A stretch of DNA of 60,999 nucleotides, filler included, from Circinaria calcarea (Eukaryota), in the NCBI GenBank assembly GCA_051942165.1. It is 5 parts of 5 records of this genome, joined end to end, with 100 filler letters (N's around TTAATTAATTAA, not from the genome) between each part and the next. Parts side by side here need not be neighbours in the genome. Positions count along the whole stretch, not along the records: positions 1 to 12,157 come from JAVECS010000606.1; 4 more parts are not named here. One strand, given 5' to 3'. This document shows, piece after piece, positions 1-12,257 of this stretch. Under the pieces are notes generated by a model, which was not told the DNA's origin, ran no database searches, and saw only the letters and a program-made list of their open reading frames with translations. The first letter of the stretch is position 1. Each line of letters opens with the position of its first letter. The translations under genes were made by a program, and so were the position numbers.

Positions 1-115
1 GGATTCGAACCCGCTACCCTCTGAACAGACAAGTTGAACACTATGGTTACGAACAATTACACGAGGAGCTTATCCCTAAGTGTAACAACCACCCTATCCA
101 TTGAGCCATGATGCC
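1..115 (-). tRNA. tRNA-like gene or pseudogene with probable intron, 3' end cut by the window edge; anticodon not assignable
   Basis: Minus strand reads GGCATCA TG GCTC AATGGATA GGGT (acceptor 5' half, A-box TGGCTCAATGG, D-arm) and later TCAGA GGGTA GCGGG TTCGAATCC (variable loop, T-arm, B-box). The long A-to-B spacing suggests an intron. The anticodon stem pairs poorly. Confidence 0.5.
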
Positions 116-290
116 GATAGAACTATAGGGTCCTATTAAAATATATATATTAAATAGGCATTTGGATGGTTAAGCCAAAGTAAAAAGTCTGCGGCTTGAC
201 TCTGCATCACTGCCTGTGAACACTGGTCTTCTCGGCAGGCTGAATACTCGTAACTGCTGCATATACCATTGTTCAGAGAAAAGACCACAC

Positions 291-1640
291 AAGCGCCTAA
301 GCGCGAGCATCGACTTTCGACGATGGTCTCAGAAACCCCAAAAAGGAAAATACTTAGGGGCGAGGGGAGTAGGCGAGATACTAGGGCTAGTTTAGAGCGG
401 GTGCAATTTCCACTGACCAGTAATGTTTGGGCTGACCGGGAAGGGCTGACGCCGCGCAAGGAAGTAAGCGCTTAAGCGCCATCATCGACTTCCAACGATA
501 ATCTTATAACCTCAAAAGGGAAGCTACCTAGTGGCAACCGAAGTAGGCGAGGTACTAAGGTAGTCCCGAGACTCCAATCTCCGAACGCCCTGGTGAATAT
601 AGGCACGGGGCTGGGGGTGGCAAGTGAGCAAGCGCGGGTGTGGAAGGTGTTAGCAATTAGGCCGATTAGTTTTAGTGCTAGTTATCTCAGTATAAGACCT
701 CTATAAGCGAACAAGCGCGAGGGTCGGTGTTTGGGGAACAGTTCAAAAACCCCATAATGGGAGGCAGCGGCAAAAAAGACTGAATGTTAAGATAACAATC
801 GTAGGAGAGCACAAGTACCATCGAGGTTTAAAGATGGTCCTACAAATCTCAAAATCGAGTGTAGTAGCAGACACCCGACGGCCATTTTGCTTCAGGTTTC
901 GGACGATTTTGAGCTCCAAGTGTTTGGCAAGGCAGTGTGACAAGGTTAGGAGTTGAATACGCTGGGCTCCCGATTGTCTCTCACTGGCATCATTAGCATC
1001 TACTAGGACAGCCATTCCTTTACAAATTCATCCAAAAACCGCAGGTTTTTGTGTTTCTAAGAACGTGCCACTCTGACGAGCACTTAGCCCTCCACGCTCA
1101 GTAAGGAAATCTCAAACAGCGAGAGCTTGTCAGTGTGAAAAATGCATGTGGGATAACCGTTGTGGTTCGTTACATGATGTAGGTAAGCTAACAAGTGTGG
1201 GGCTCGAGACTTAGTTTTGATCTCCCAAAACTTCAAAAGAGATGGTAATTGCAATTCATATCTAGTGAGTAAGACCGGGCTTTGGGTTTTAGAGGACAAG
1301 CGCGGGTATCGGAATTTCGACGATGATCGTGAGAGGCTCGAAAGCGAAAGCGGTGGCAACAGGAGGCTGGTCTCATCTAATAAGCGCTTAAGCGCCAGCA
1401 TCGACTTTTAACGATGATCTCAAAAACCTCAGAAGGGAAAGTGGTAGGCGGCGTTCCCCCGAGATACTAATCCTCTTAAGGTCCGAGTAAGCGCGAGGGG
1501 TGGAGCGCTAAGAGTGGAGGCGTATTGATGATGGAATATCTATAAATTAGGGTTTAGTAAATTATTGCTAAGCGCAAGCGCGAGGCTCGAAGTTCAACGA
1601 TAAGCTCAGAAACCTCAAAAGGGAAAGCGGTTGCAAATTA
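291..1640 (+). repeat. Five degenerate copies of a ~60-100 bp motif
   Basis: Copies start near 291, 466, 1298, 1382 and 1570. Approximate consensus AAGCGCTTAAGCGCnAGCATCGACTTyyAACGATrATCTCAnAAACCTCAAAAGGGAA. Confidence 0.7.
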
Positions 1641-2420
1641 AAGGAATAATGTTCTCCGCGGGCTCCGTAACCAGCAGGTGATGTATCTAGAGTCAAAGAA
1701 AGATGTCCGGGATGGCGTGTCCGAGATTGCTTAGGTCATCGACCGTCTATACCTGCGCTTACCACGTATTGCGGTCGGTAAAGATATGAAATAGTCACTT
1801 GGCTTGCTTGGCTGCTTTGAAGCCGTTATTGGCGTAGAAGAACAGAAGTCCGGATGAATAGCACGCCCCAAAATTGTCAGAAAGATCAAGGTACCTCGAT
1901 AAACCCTGAAAGGAGCCAGTGTAAGCAGGTACGCCAACTTTTTCGGTTCAACTTCTAAGGCCATTCCCTAATCATTGTCGGATGCCTAGGATGTATAGTG
2001 AGTGGTATAGAAAATTATCCCGATTATTTTAGTCTTTGATTCTGTAACGGAAATGACCACTTCTAACCAGGAGACAAAACCTCCATGAGTTGCCGTAGAT
2101 TCACATCAAGATCAATCCCAACTATTGAGACAAGAAGCCATTACAGTTATCGTTTGAAGGTCAGATAATAAATATCTCACTTACGATTAGGCCTGGGTCT
2201 AGGTCTTTATAAATGAATAATTCTCATCTGCGGCAGTTTTCGGCTTAGCTAAAAAATTCGACTGCGCCATAGCATAGTAATTTCACTTCGATATGAGACA
2301 CTTCAAGTACTCCGTCGCTTACACTATGCATGACCCTAGTAGGTTCACAAGAAATGGGTACATTAAGAAATCAAACTCACTTATCTTCGTTTCTTTAGAC
2401 TTGCATTCAGACTTCGATCC

Positions 2421-3909
2421 TCACAGCTTGAAATCCACATTTCCCCTCTCCCGGCCTACCCCGTCCCCTACGTCATCCCTTTTAGCAATTTTCTCTGCCA
2501 ACGCCATCTTTAAGCTCCGCGATCTATCTGTACAAAGCTCGAAGATAGTGCTAAGATTGAAGATTAACGTGGGAAACGAGTGACCCGACGAGATAAGAGA
2601 TTCGAGGAGAGATCGGGCTTTAGCAATCTCACCGTTGTAAAGTAAGAAGACTGCTAGATTTTGGGCGTATAGGGGCTGTAGAGCTGCCGAGGGTTCATCG
2701 TTCTCTAAGGTGGATAATTGTGAAATAGCATCCGAGTAATTGCCTTCGGCCATGCTGAAAAGCGGCTCTAGTGCCGAGATGTACGGGCTCCCGGCATCTT
2801 CTTCGTCCTTTCTCTTTCCCATATACGCCCGCGCTGCCGTAAGGTCGCCAATCCGTAAATTGAGCAATATGAGCCTGGCCCTCAGAAGCTGATCTTGCTC
2901 TTTTTCAACTGGTCCAACCCTCAGACTCTCAAGGTGTCTCCCTGCCCCCTCGAGATCTCCCATCTCAACTAACGTGTTTGCGACTCGAATACCCAGGTCT
3001 TCCAATCTAGCTTTCCACGTATCTCTTTCTGCATTGTCTTTGCTAGTCAGGATTTCAGACCTTGCATCACTTGCAAGGTCATAGTATCCCATAATTCCAC
3101 GACGAGCATCCGCAAAGCCAATGCCTTGTAAGCGCACAGCTAGAACCCGTAACTCCCAAGGTACGAGGTGAGCATGCGAGATTGGATGACGGTAAAACGA
3201 GGAGCCAAGGTCTTCCAGGGCTTTAGCTTCTTGAGCTGCGAGTGGAGTGGCATTGATCAAGGTAAGGCAGATAAGTCGTACGTAGAACAGTTGAAATATC
3301 TGGACATAATCGCTGGGGGAGGTTGAGTTCGTAAGTAGCTGGGCAGCAGTAATTGCCGCGGGGCGGAATTGGCCGGTAGAAAGCAATTCCGGCAAAGGCG
3401 TTGAAGGAGCTGGATTGAGGGATAGGTCACGGAACGCTGGTGGCGTTTCCTAATCGATTAGGTTTGCATGTTTTTGAAGATACAGGATAGGAAGACATAC
3501 AAGCTGCGTCAGGGGATGGTAGATGTCCGGCCGCAGAATATAGCTGAAGTCCTTGGTAGGATATTCCATGTTCAGCAAGGGAGCACTTGGAGATAATGGA
3601 TACGGTGTCGAAGGTGATGTAAGAGGTACTCTCTCATGGTCGTTGACTGCAGTAGTTGATGCGGATGGCTCTTCACTCGCCAACGGACTGCGAGCTCAGC
3701 TTCTAGGCCTTCAGCGTTACAGGCAGATTTGATGACGCACTCATCAACTTCTAACGGGCCCATTGTCGTCGATCTTGCGAGGGAAGCTGTATACTGAGCT
3801 TAGTCAAGGAAGGACTGATATGTCCCTTGGGCGAACCTCGATTATAGGAAACGACTCTACTATTCTTTTTCGATTTCGAACCGGTAGTAGATTTCAAGTC
3901 TGCATCCAT
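2421..3909 (-). CDS. TPR-like helical protein, probable TRAPPC12 (TTC15) homologue; 4 exons
   Basis: 324-aa ORF with helical-repeat character (HLVPWELRVLAVRL, FNLSTIFEL). Three GT-AG introns (about 3836-3788, 3741-3688 and 3500-3450) join upstream exons in frame to ATG 3909. Family call from recalled similarity. Confidence 0.65.
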
Positions 3910-4319
3910 AGTTTTCTCTGTTTACTGATGTCCGGAAATGCTTAATTCGTCGTAGTGAATCGTCAACGTCGAAGAACCAGTATGTCTTGGCAGAGGATCC
4001 TTGCTAGCTCTTCCAGCCATCTCAGCCTTATGGTATAGGACTGCCAGCCACCGCAGAATAATATCCATTCTGATGGTATTTCCCATTTCCTACGGAGTAT
4101 TTGCTTTCCTCCACCCATTGCTACATCCTCACAGTCGCTTTGCATCATAGCACCACCCTTGAAGCTACTGTAACGTGTGCGCATCAATGTGCTCTTGAAC
4201 GTTCGCTCCAAACACTGCGCGCTTACGATCTGCTGTACGCTCATTGTTATTCCGCATCTTGAACATATCATACTTTTGTTGAGCAACTCAACGAGTAGGC
4301 TTGAGCAGTACCGAAGATA

Positions 4320-5769
4320 ATGACTACAACACCTCCTTTGCGATCCATCACACGAACCCCTCCGACACCGCTACACGGCGCCAAATATGATAGCTACCAA
4401 CCCTATATTCCCCGTAGGAGTACACGCTCTGTGACCCAACGCGCCGCAAGAACGCCATCACCAGGATACACGACTCGCTCTTTGCAGGCTAAACGTTCAG
4501 TCAGCTCGAGTAACCTATTCGGTGTACGATCGACGGTACATACATACTCTCCACCTTCCTCCACGCAAACATCTCCTCAGAATAGTTTCGACGACACCAA
4601 AACGAGCATGGAGGCCAGGGTCTCTGAGACATCAGATGCGGAGTCTGGATTAAACCTAGAACCGTCACAGGCATCAACGAAGGTGCTGACTTCCCAGCAA
4701 ACCTCGTCACGGCTTACAGCCATGCTTCCAACCCCTGCAAAGACGCCTCGAAAGAAAACAGTCCAAGTAGGTCTTAGCTCTACTGCCAGAATACTCTTCC
4801 CAAACAGGCCAGACAATGCGGATGAGGCAATGCCGACACCACGTAGGAATGCGAGGAAGACGAGAAAGAATATCGGATTTTCCTTGGAAAGTTTCGGTGA
4901 GGATGATGGAGCAGCCTCGGGAGGGAGCATTGAAATCTTTACCGACTCCAAGGAGAAGGTCCCTGAGTTAGACGAAACCGAAGAAAACCCTTTCTATGTG
5001 AAGCCCGGACAAGAGCCAGTCACTACTATACGAAGCAGTAAGAGAAGAAAGGTTAGCGGTAATGCCAACCATGACAATAACAATGAGCTCGAGGATCCTA
5101 ACCGCGAGGACGGTATGGTTTATGTTTTGTAAGTACTCATTCTCGTCTCAACAGACGCCGCTTATACTAACATCTCCAAGCCGAGGCAAGAAGACGTTCC
5201 GCAAATTTCCTGAAGAACGTAGCTCCGACCAAGACAATACCCCTACACCTACCCTCTCCAACCCTTTCTTCGCCTCAGAGTCCTCTGCTGCTACCTCTAC
5301 CTCCCCTCGCCTTCGCCCCTTTACACGTTCATCCATAAAACCTCGACTTCTCTTTCCTACCGAAGCCCAACGTCTTGCGCGTGAACCCGCTGTGTCTTCC
5401 GTCGCAGACGAAGAAGCCATCACTGACATCGAAGAGGCTGGTCCAACGCAAGATAGCGAGATGACCGAGGAGGAGCCACTCCTTACACCTGTTAAGCCTA
5501 ACTTTACCCCCGCGTCTCCCCCTACGACTGGAAGAGTGACGAGAGCGTCGAAGAAAAAGGAGATAGCGGAAAATGCTGATCGTTTGGCGTCTGGGCCTGT
5601 CGGGATGCCAAATCAGTTTAGGACAAAGAAAGGTGGGAGGCTAAGTCCTTTTGATGGATGGGAGCGTACGAAGCCTGGCCTCGGGAAAGGCAAGAAGAGG
5701 GAGGGAGAAGCATTGGCGAGGGAAGGCGAGGGAAGTAAGAGGGTAAAGGGTAATGGCACGCAACCATGA
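4320..5769 (+). CDS. Conserved fungal hypothetical protein, Ser/Thr/Pro-rich, about 465 aa; 2 exons
   Basis: Intron 5129-5180 (GTAAGT...CTAAC...AG) fuses two ORFs through GMVYVF|RGKK. Many TP/SP sites and basic NLS-like stretches. Confidence 0.8.
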
Positions 5770-6559
5770 GAATCTCAAGGCTAGGATTAGCTGCTGAGAT
5801 GCTATGAGTCCCTGTTGAAGAACACTCCACGAAGGTGATGAGTCGCGTTGGTTATGGGTACTACTGGCGAACTATTGGATACAGCATCACGGGATAGTGC
5901 ACTGTCAAAGGTGACGTACTGGGCTTGCCGGAGGTAATAAACGAGTCACCTTGTTTCGAACGTTGGCTGTAAGTTTTCCGCAGTATCAGGGAGGGAAAAA
6001 AAAACTGTCTCAATGCATGCACATGGTACAAGCAGTCTCGATTCGATAGCTACATTTTAGCAGATTTCGCCTAAGTCAATGTACTCAATACATCAATCTT
6101 TGAAATGAAGTAGACCGTAGGGTTATTCCAATATACCGCATGCTAGACTCTCCGCTTCAGTCGGAAAACCTCTCCGGTTACTTCAATCCTGCCTTCCGCC
6201 GTCTCGCGTCGAGTAAAGTCACCCACAGTATACATGTGCCATAATGGGATCAATATAACTGGACCGGAGACAACCTCGACTCCTCGGATGACACATCCCT
6301 TTGACATCCTACCCTCTCCCGCCTTTCCCAACGACATCATATTTTGCCGTCTTCAACTCTCCTACGTCTCCACCCCAACAAGCTTCCCCCTAAAATTTCC
6401 TCCCCCTTGCTCCCCTTATTCCTATCCCGTCCCCCCCAAGCCAATAAATAATGGAGTCCCTATTACTTGATTTTAACATCATTCTGGCTCGCATCCTTTG
6501 ACTACTTGCTTTCGATTGGAGGCAGCTCGGACGGTCTCAACGGATACTTCACGGCTTTT

Positions 6560-9500
6560 CTTCCCTTTATTATCGACTCTGATTGGGGATTCGAATCGGC
6601 CTCGGTTTCTGCGCCGTACTATATAGTGTTAAGATGACACCTTTGGCGGTCTCTGGGTCTTCGGGACGTAAGGATCCGAGATGTTTCTGAACACTCCCCA
6701 GCTTTTGTTCCGAGTCGCCTCGCGGCTGCACGGTGTCTTTGGTATCGTTCGGTTACCCCGAACCAGATCTTAAAGGTTAGAAAACAAAAGAGATCGTTTC
6801 GAATTTTGTGACCATCAGGTTTGAACAACGGTCAACGGGCAGATGATGAGGGGTGGGACGGTCGTTGATGAAATTGCTGGCGTGTGAACATTATGTCTCT
6901 CTGCCTTGAAATGTAAATTCGCTTGAAAGGAGGTGTCCACTCCGACAATACCATAGATAGGCTCGGATCCCCTTCGACTGTGTTGCTTCCTACAGAAATT
7001 ATTCTCCTCATTTCGTGACTGGTGGCTGGACGGTAAGACCTGTGTATTTGGGCCTGCAGCGACGATATATATTACCAAAATTACCTCTAAGCTTAAAAGC
7101 ATAAAGAATTGTCGTAATTCCTTGTCGAATAGCTTGGGTTTTCGATTCAAGGTACGCAAGGTAAACAATAAGGCGTAAATGGGGTTTCCGATCCCACAAT
7201 TATTATATATTATCAAATGAGACCATCGCTATACTAGACCTGAGCGCATTCTACCCTTGTTTATATCATAGGTGATCAGAAGCGTTTTAGCAGTATCGAT
7301 TGTAGTAAAAGGTGAGTTTTTGAAGATAGGGGGCTTGCTAAAGTGTGTGCGCTGGTCTGCCTGATCTTGATATTTGGTGAGGATGAGAGTCCAGATACTG
7401 ATTCTGGGTTTTCAGGTATTGACACCAGGGTAGTATGAGAAGCCCATTGGGGGTTTTCTAACAAGCTCTGTTAATTTGTTGAGATCAACGTGAATCCCGA
7501 TGGAATAGGACGGGACTTTCTTGATTTCTGGCATGCGTTCGACTGTTGGTGTGGTATTCTCCCAGTGCTTATGGTCCAGGTACTTCACTTTGAACCACCA
7601 CCCGCGGTCCACCAAGGCTAACGGTAACCTCTACCAAGGTAACTCCGGCCGGGCGAAAATTAAATCTTCAGGGCCTGGAACTCGCTGTACTATACAGTCG
7701 TTGAGAACAGCGATGGGCTCCATTAAGTTGCCTAAACCCCTTCTGCCGCTGAGATATCGATAGAGGCGGCAGAGACAGGGGCGGATACGGGCGGTGGAGG
7801 TACCACCACCGCAAGATCTATAACATCGATTAGTGGAGAAAAATTGGGAATCTTGAGAACTTTAAGAAGAGCCCTAAAGCACGCTCCGCCATTCCGAGTG
7901 CATTCTGCGGACTTCGGAAGGACGTTAGTAAATAAACATCCTTTAAACGTACACTCCAGTCGTAAGGAGCAGCGGGCACAGGCGCGGGGGGGAACGGTCT
8001 CCCTATTCTACCGTCAGCATAGCCTGGTGATAGTGTTCACGACGGTCTAAGGCGTTTGAGGACCTTATTGACTTCGCAATGCCGACGAAACAGCAAGGCA
8101 GAAGCTGTCTCTCCCTGGCAGTAATGTTCCGCGGCGCACCCTGGCCGTCAAAGGGCGGGATGAGCCTAGAAGCGCAAATGGTCTGACCGTCCACGAGCGC
8201 GTGTCCTTGATGATTCATTGTTTATTATGAAACGAAAGAGTTAGCCAAAACTCTTTCCAATCCAGAGGATGAACGCCTCCTTCATATGATATATACGGCA
8301 AGAAGTGGCTCGATTTCTTGCAGGAGTATGTTCAGTGCAGGAATTTCTCTGGAAGAGGCCACCTTTTCTCTTTTAAATACCGTTTATATATCCGGCAAGG
8401 CTGTACTTTATTCCCCTAATTTTTGATCTGTGCTGAAAACAGCATCCTCCAATTGAACCTTCGTCTTACCTACTATTCGATGTGATATTGTCTGTTATGC
8501 TTTGTGGTCTCTTCACCACAGCAAAACAGTTTTATCTGTATTTGATGTATTACCCCTCTCCCTTGAGATTCTCAGTGCAAACGCAGTCCACGGGTCTCAT
8601 AATTTGATGTCCTGGAATCAAGTTTGTCGGTTTTAAAGGATCCGAGCAGGTGTAGCTAGCGTTGGCTTGGAGCAGCCAACAGTATTGACAATTGAACATA
8701 GATTTTGTACCAGTCTTTCCGCTCATTCCAAGCTTATCGAGTTTTGATATCTTGCTACCGGCTGAAAGGATCGATTTATGTGATCCTCCTTAAGTAAGTG
8801 AAAGTAAGTACCAAGCAAGCAAGGAATATCGGAAGCACACAATGAGCATATTCTAAGCTCGTTGAGTTATCAATAAACCCCAGAACAGACTCAGCGGCCT
8901 TTTTACTCATGAAGTGTCCCTGTCAGAGTATGAAGTTTGAAGGCTTTGCCAGAAGTTCGAAGACTTGGCTTTGCTTCGTCACATATAAGACGCTCGAAGA
9001 GGGCCTTGTCTTTAATCCGCGTGATCATCAGATTCAAGGCCTTTTCATTCTCCTCATGGTCACCATCATCGTTGATTTTTCCCGTAGATCTTACTAAAGA
9101 CATATCCGCTCGGAACCAAATAGAACCCATAATCTTTGCTTTTGCTCTCGAAACTTTAGTCGGTTTTACGGTCAGTGGAACCAAACGCTCTGATCTTATT
9201 ATGGCTGTGATTTCTGAGCGAATGCTTCCTCCCTTATACCGCATGCTTACTGTTGACAGGACGTTCGATACTTACCCTGGCAAACCAAATTGGCGCCAGG
9301 TTTATGATGGCCCCTTGGGGCAGGGTGGAGGGGTCGGGGGCTTTTCGCTTTGGCATGACTACGTATGCTGTTAGCTACATCGATAAGGAATCAAGAAGTG
9401 CAAGTGGTAGTGGAAAGGGGTATACATACTATGAGTCTACAAAGTCGTGGACTTTTTTGCTTGGGGAGATAGAGGAAACCGGGAGGGGCACAAGATTTTT

Positions 9501-11900
9501 GGTGAGTCCTACAGGTACGGTACCTCTCCTTAATATCTCTGGTGGCTGTATTACCGTGGCAACTTCGTGAGTTCCCGAGTACTTTTGTCGTCTAGAAAGC
9601 TTGATACCGCACGGGGCTGTACAGATCTATCCGCTCCCCCATAAAGGAGTTTCTTTTTCGATTCCGATAAAGAGCTTTCGAGAACCACACCGACTCTCGA
9701 TTTATTCCATTCCCTTATAAAGTGAGCTGATCTTCACTAGTCGGATTTAGCTCCTCAATAAGTCTCCTTTGTCACTTTTACCTGTGCTTTAAGCTATACA
9801 AACATCCAACGCTCTGCTCTCGCGTTGTCCCTCACGATTGTCCCCAGCAATTCCTAGGAAATGTCCGGAATTCCAAAGTAATGTCTGTGCAAGGTGGTCA
9901 ATCGTTTTGATGGCTTGTATTGACGTTTCTCTGCAGTAAACAATGATTGACGGGGCACTCCTTGAGGCCGTACTGGGGATGAGAAGACGTGGGATAAATT
10001 TTGGAGGAAATAAAGGTTCCCCTAAATCTAATACCACGACTGGATGGAGAAATGCTTTAGGCGTCCGTAAAAACCAGCCTTGTCTAATTTTATATAGGAT
10101 AAGACTTTCTTTCTCCTACTTTCTTTGTTGAAGATGATTACCTTCAAGCAACAAGGTTCCCTATTCCTATTCCTCAATAAGAAAACTTTAAATATAAAAT
10201 TCTTCTTCTAATGACACGTATTCCCATTGTTCTATTAGACGATCAACAAAAGAATCTCCTCCCCGGGTAGGATTCCATATTGGGAGCATAGATGTGATAA
10301 CAGGAGGATCCAAGAAGTAATCATGCACACGATAAGCCAACCATGATTTCGCGTCAGTCTTTAGTCGTCAAGTAAACTTCTAATCTTAAAGTCTTCTATT
10401 GAATTAACAAATATCTCAGTTTGGACAAGTTTCTGGCCCCCATCTGTAATAGGGTGATCAAATTGCTTCTCTAGCCAGTTTCGCATCTGGGAAGTCTTGT
10501 AGTCCCGCATGCGCCTTCGTTTTAAGGTTGTATGGCAAGCCACAGCAGAGATTCACACCTTTCGTTCCAGGTTTGTGACCGAGCTTCTCTTCTTTCTATT
10601 CTGCGCTGGTTTACTATGATGCTGATGGCCATTGCCCTCTGATAGCTCTTGCACATGAGTCTCCTAATATACCACATAATTTCCTGACTGTGTAGTAATA
10701 ATGATCTCTTCCATTCAGTTGCTTACCGGCAATAGGCTCGACGACTGATGCGTTCGATGGGCACCATCAATTCGACGTTAGAGGGATTGAATACGTCGGT
10801 TACGTCTAAAGCCCATGCAAAACTCAACTGGGTGTTGTGAGAATGCTGGGAAATCGCTAGAACCGTCTAACGTCGCAAAAATTGTCTATGGTCTGCTAAT
10901 GACTATCTCCTAGGTCAGTGCAGTTGATCATGATTTCGGTGCACTAGGATGTCGCCGCGACGGCTCTGGAGATGGTGATAGTAGTTTTTGTATACATGAA
11001 CGAGGGAAAACGGGGGAAACGGGTAAAACAGTTGAGGGATCGAGGGATAGGGAAATTTCGGAAAAATCTTGTAATTGATACGGATCAGTATAACCAAGAT
11101 GATTTAAGGCTGATGTACGGATTATATCCCATCGATTTGCCCGCGCGAAGTTCCCACCACATAGTCCATCTTAAAATGCTTCGGGATCTATTTTGGTAGA
11201 TAGATACCCTAGCCGGAATGGTCTGATGAACCCTTCATTCCATCTGTCCGGTGCAGAGTATATTGCCCGATTTAGCCGAAGGTCTCGCGATGGTATTGGT
11301 CTTAAGGTGGATCGGACAAGGTGTAGAGAGGCATCCTAAATTCTTTAAATCAGGTAAATAAATAATCAAATCTAAGGTTACCTTATTTACCAAAGCGAAA
11401 AGAGCTGGCCGTTTTCTGTCCCACTTTCAGCCCCATCCTAGGTTTACGATAGCGAATGTTAGGCACAAATTCTTGTAGAGTTTATTTTCTCCTCGTGCAT
11501 ATCTTTAATAAAGTTCTATATCATTGTATCAAAACCAAAGCGGACTTGCCTGGCAGTGGCATTCGTTGACCATCATAGTGGTTTGGAAAGGTATACTAGC
11601 GGGAAATGCGACTTGTGCATTATGCTTGTAGATACTTTTCCAAATTCGAATCTCGCAGTTAGTATAGGTTTGTACCGATTAGAACTATATGTTAAGGAGG
11701 GAATCATGCTGCTGACTATGACGTACAAAATCTAACAAGACACGGTTTGGACTGATGAGATCATAGTGACTCGGATCTTATACCATACCAGGAGCACCGC
11801 CGTAGTTTCTCTCAATGGCATATTCGAACGCCTTCTCTATATGCAATAATAAAACCGACGTCTTGACTCATATATACGACCTTCCTATATGGTAAGTATA
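6560..11900 (-). pseudogene. Array of decayed minus-strand coding sequences, possibly a mobile-element relic
   Basis: Long frames broken by scattered stops (about 7615-6560 and 10260-9500), a Cys-rich segment near 8000-7880, a start MPKRKAP near 9356, and AT/TA-rich composition. Confidence 0.4.
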
Positions 11901-12157
11901 TTATGCCCCAATCTTATCAGGATGATCTCAATATCATGTGCAAGAAAATCTCTATTTACTTAGCAATGAAATCCACCACGACCAAGCTTATCCTCTCCCT
12001 TGGATTCCTTCATTTGCAGACGTATAAACGCGAAGCGCAACAACCCAAGAACTCGGATACTGCCCAAACAGTCACGTTTGCCCTTTGCTCTTTGGTCCTT
12101 GTCAGATTGCAATGTCTTCTACCCGAATAAGTCCGCTGCCCATTCCAGCCGCAGCCC

Positions 12158-12257
12158 NNNNNNNNNNNNNNNNNNNNNNNNNNNNNNNNNNNNNNNNNNN
12201 NTTAATTAATTAANNNNNNNNNNNNNNNNNNNNNNNNNNNNNNNNNNNNNNNNNNNN
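12158..12257. other. Artificial contig linker
   Basis: 44 N + TTAATTAATTAA + 44 N. Confidence 0.98.

Noticed and set aside
1..115. Selenocysteine or suppressor tRNA
   Set aside because: TTCA occurs, but not in a well-paired anticodon loop, and there is no long variable arm.
291..1640. CRISPR-like array
   Set aside because: Repeats are long, highly diverged and irregularly spaced, the context is eukaryotic, and no cas genes are present.
12202..12213. TTAATTAATTAA as a recurring biological motif
   Set aside because: It is always centred in 44+44 Ns and gives stops in all six frames, so it is a synthetic spacer.
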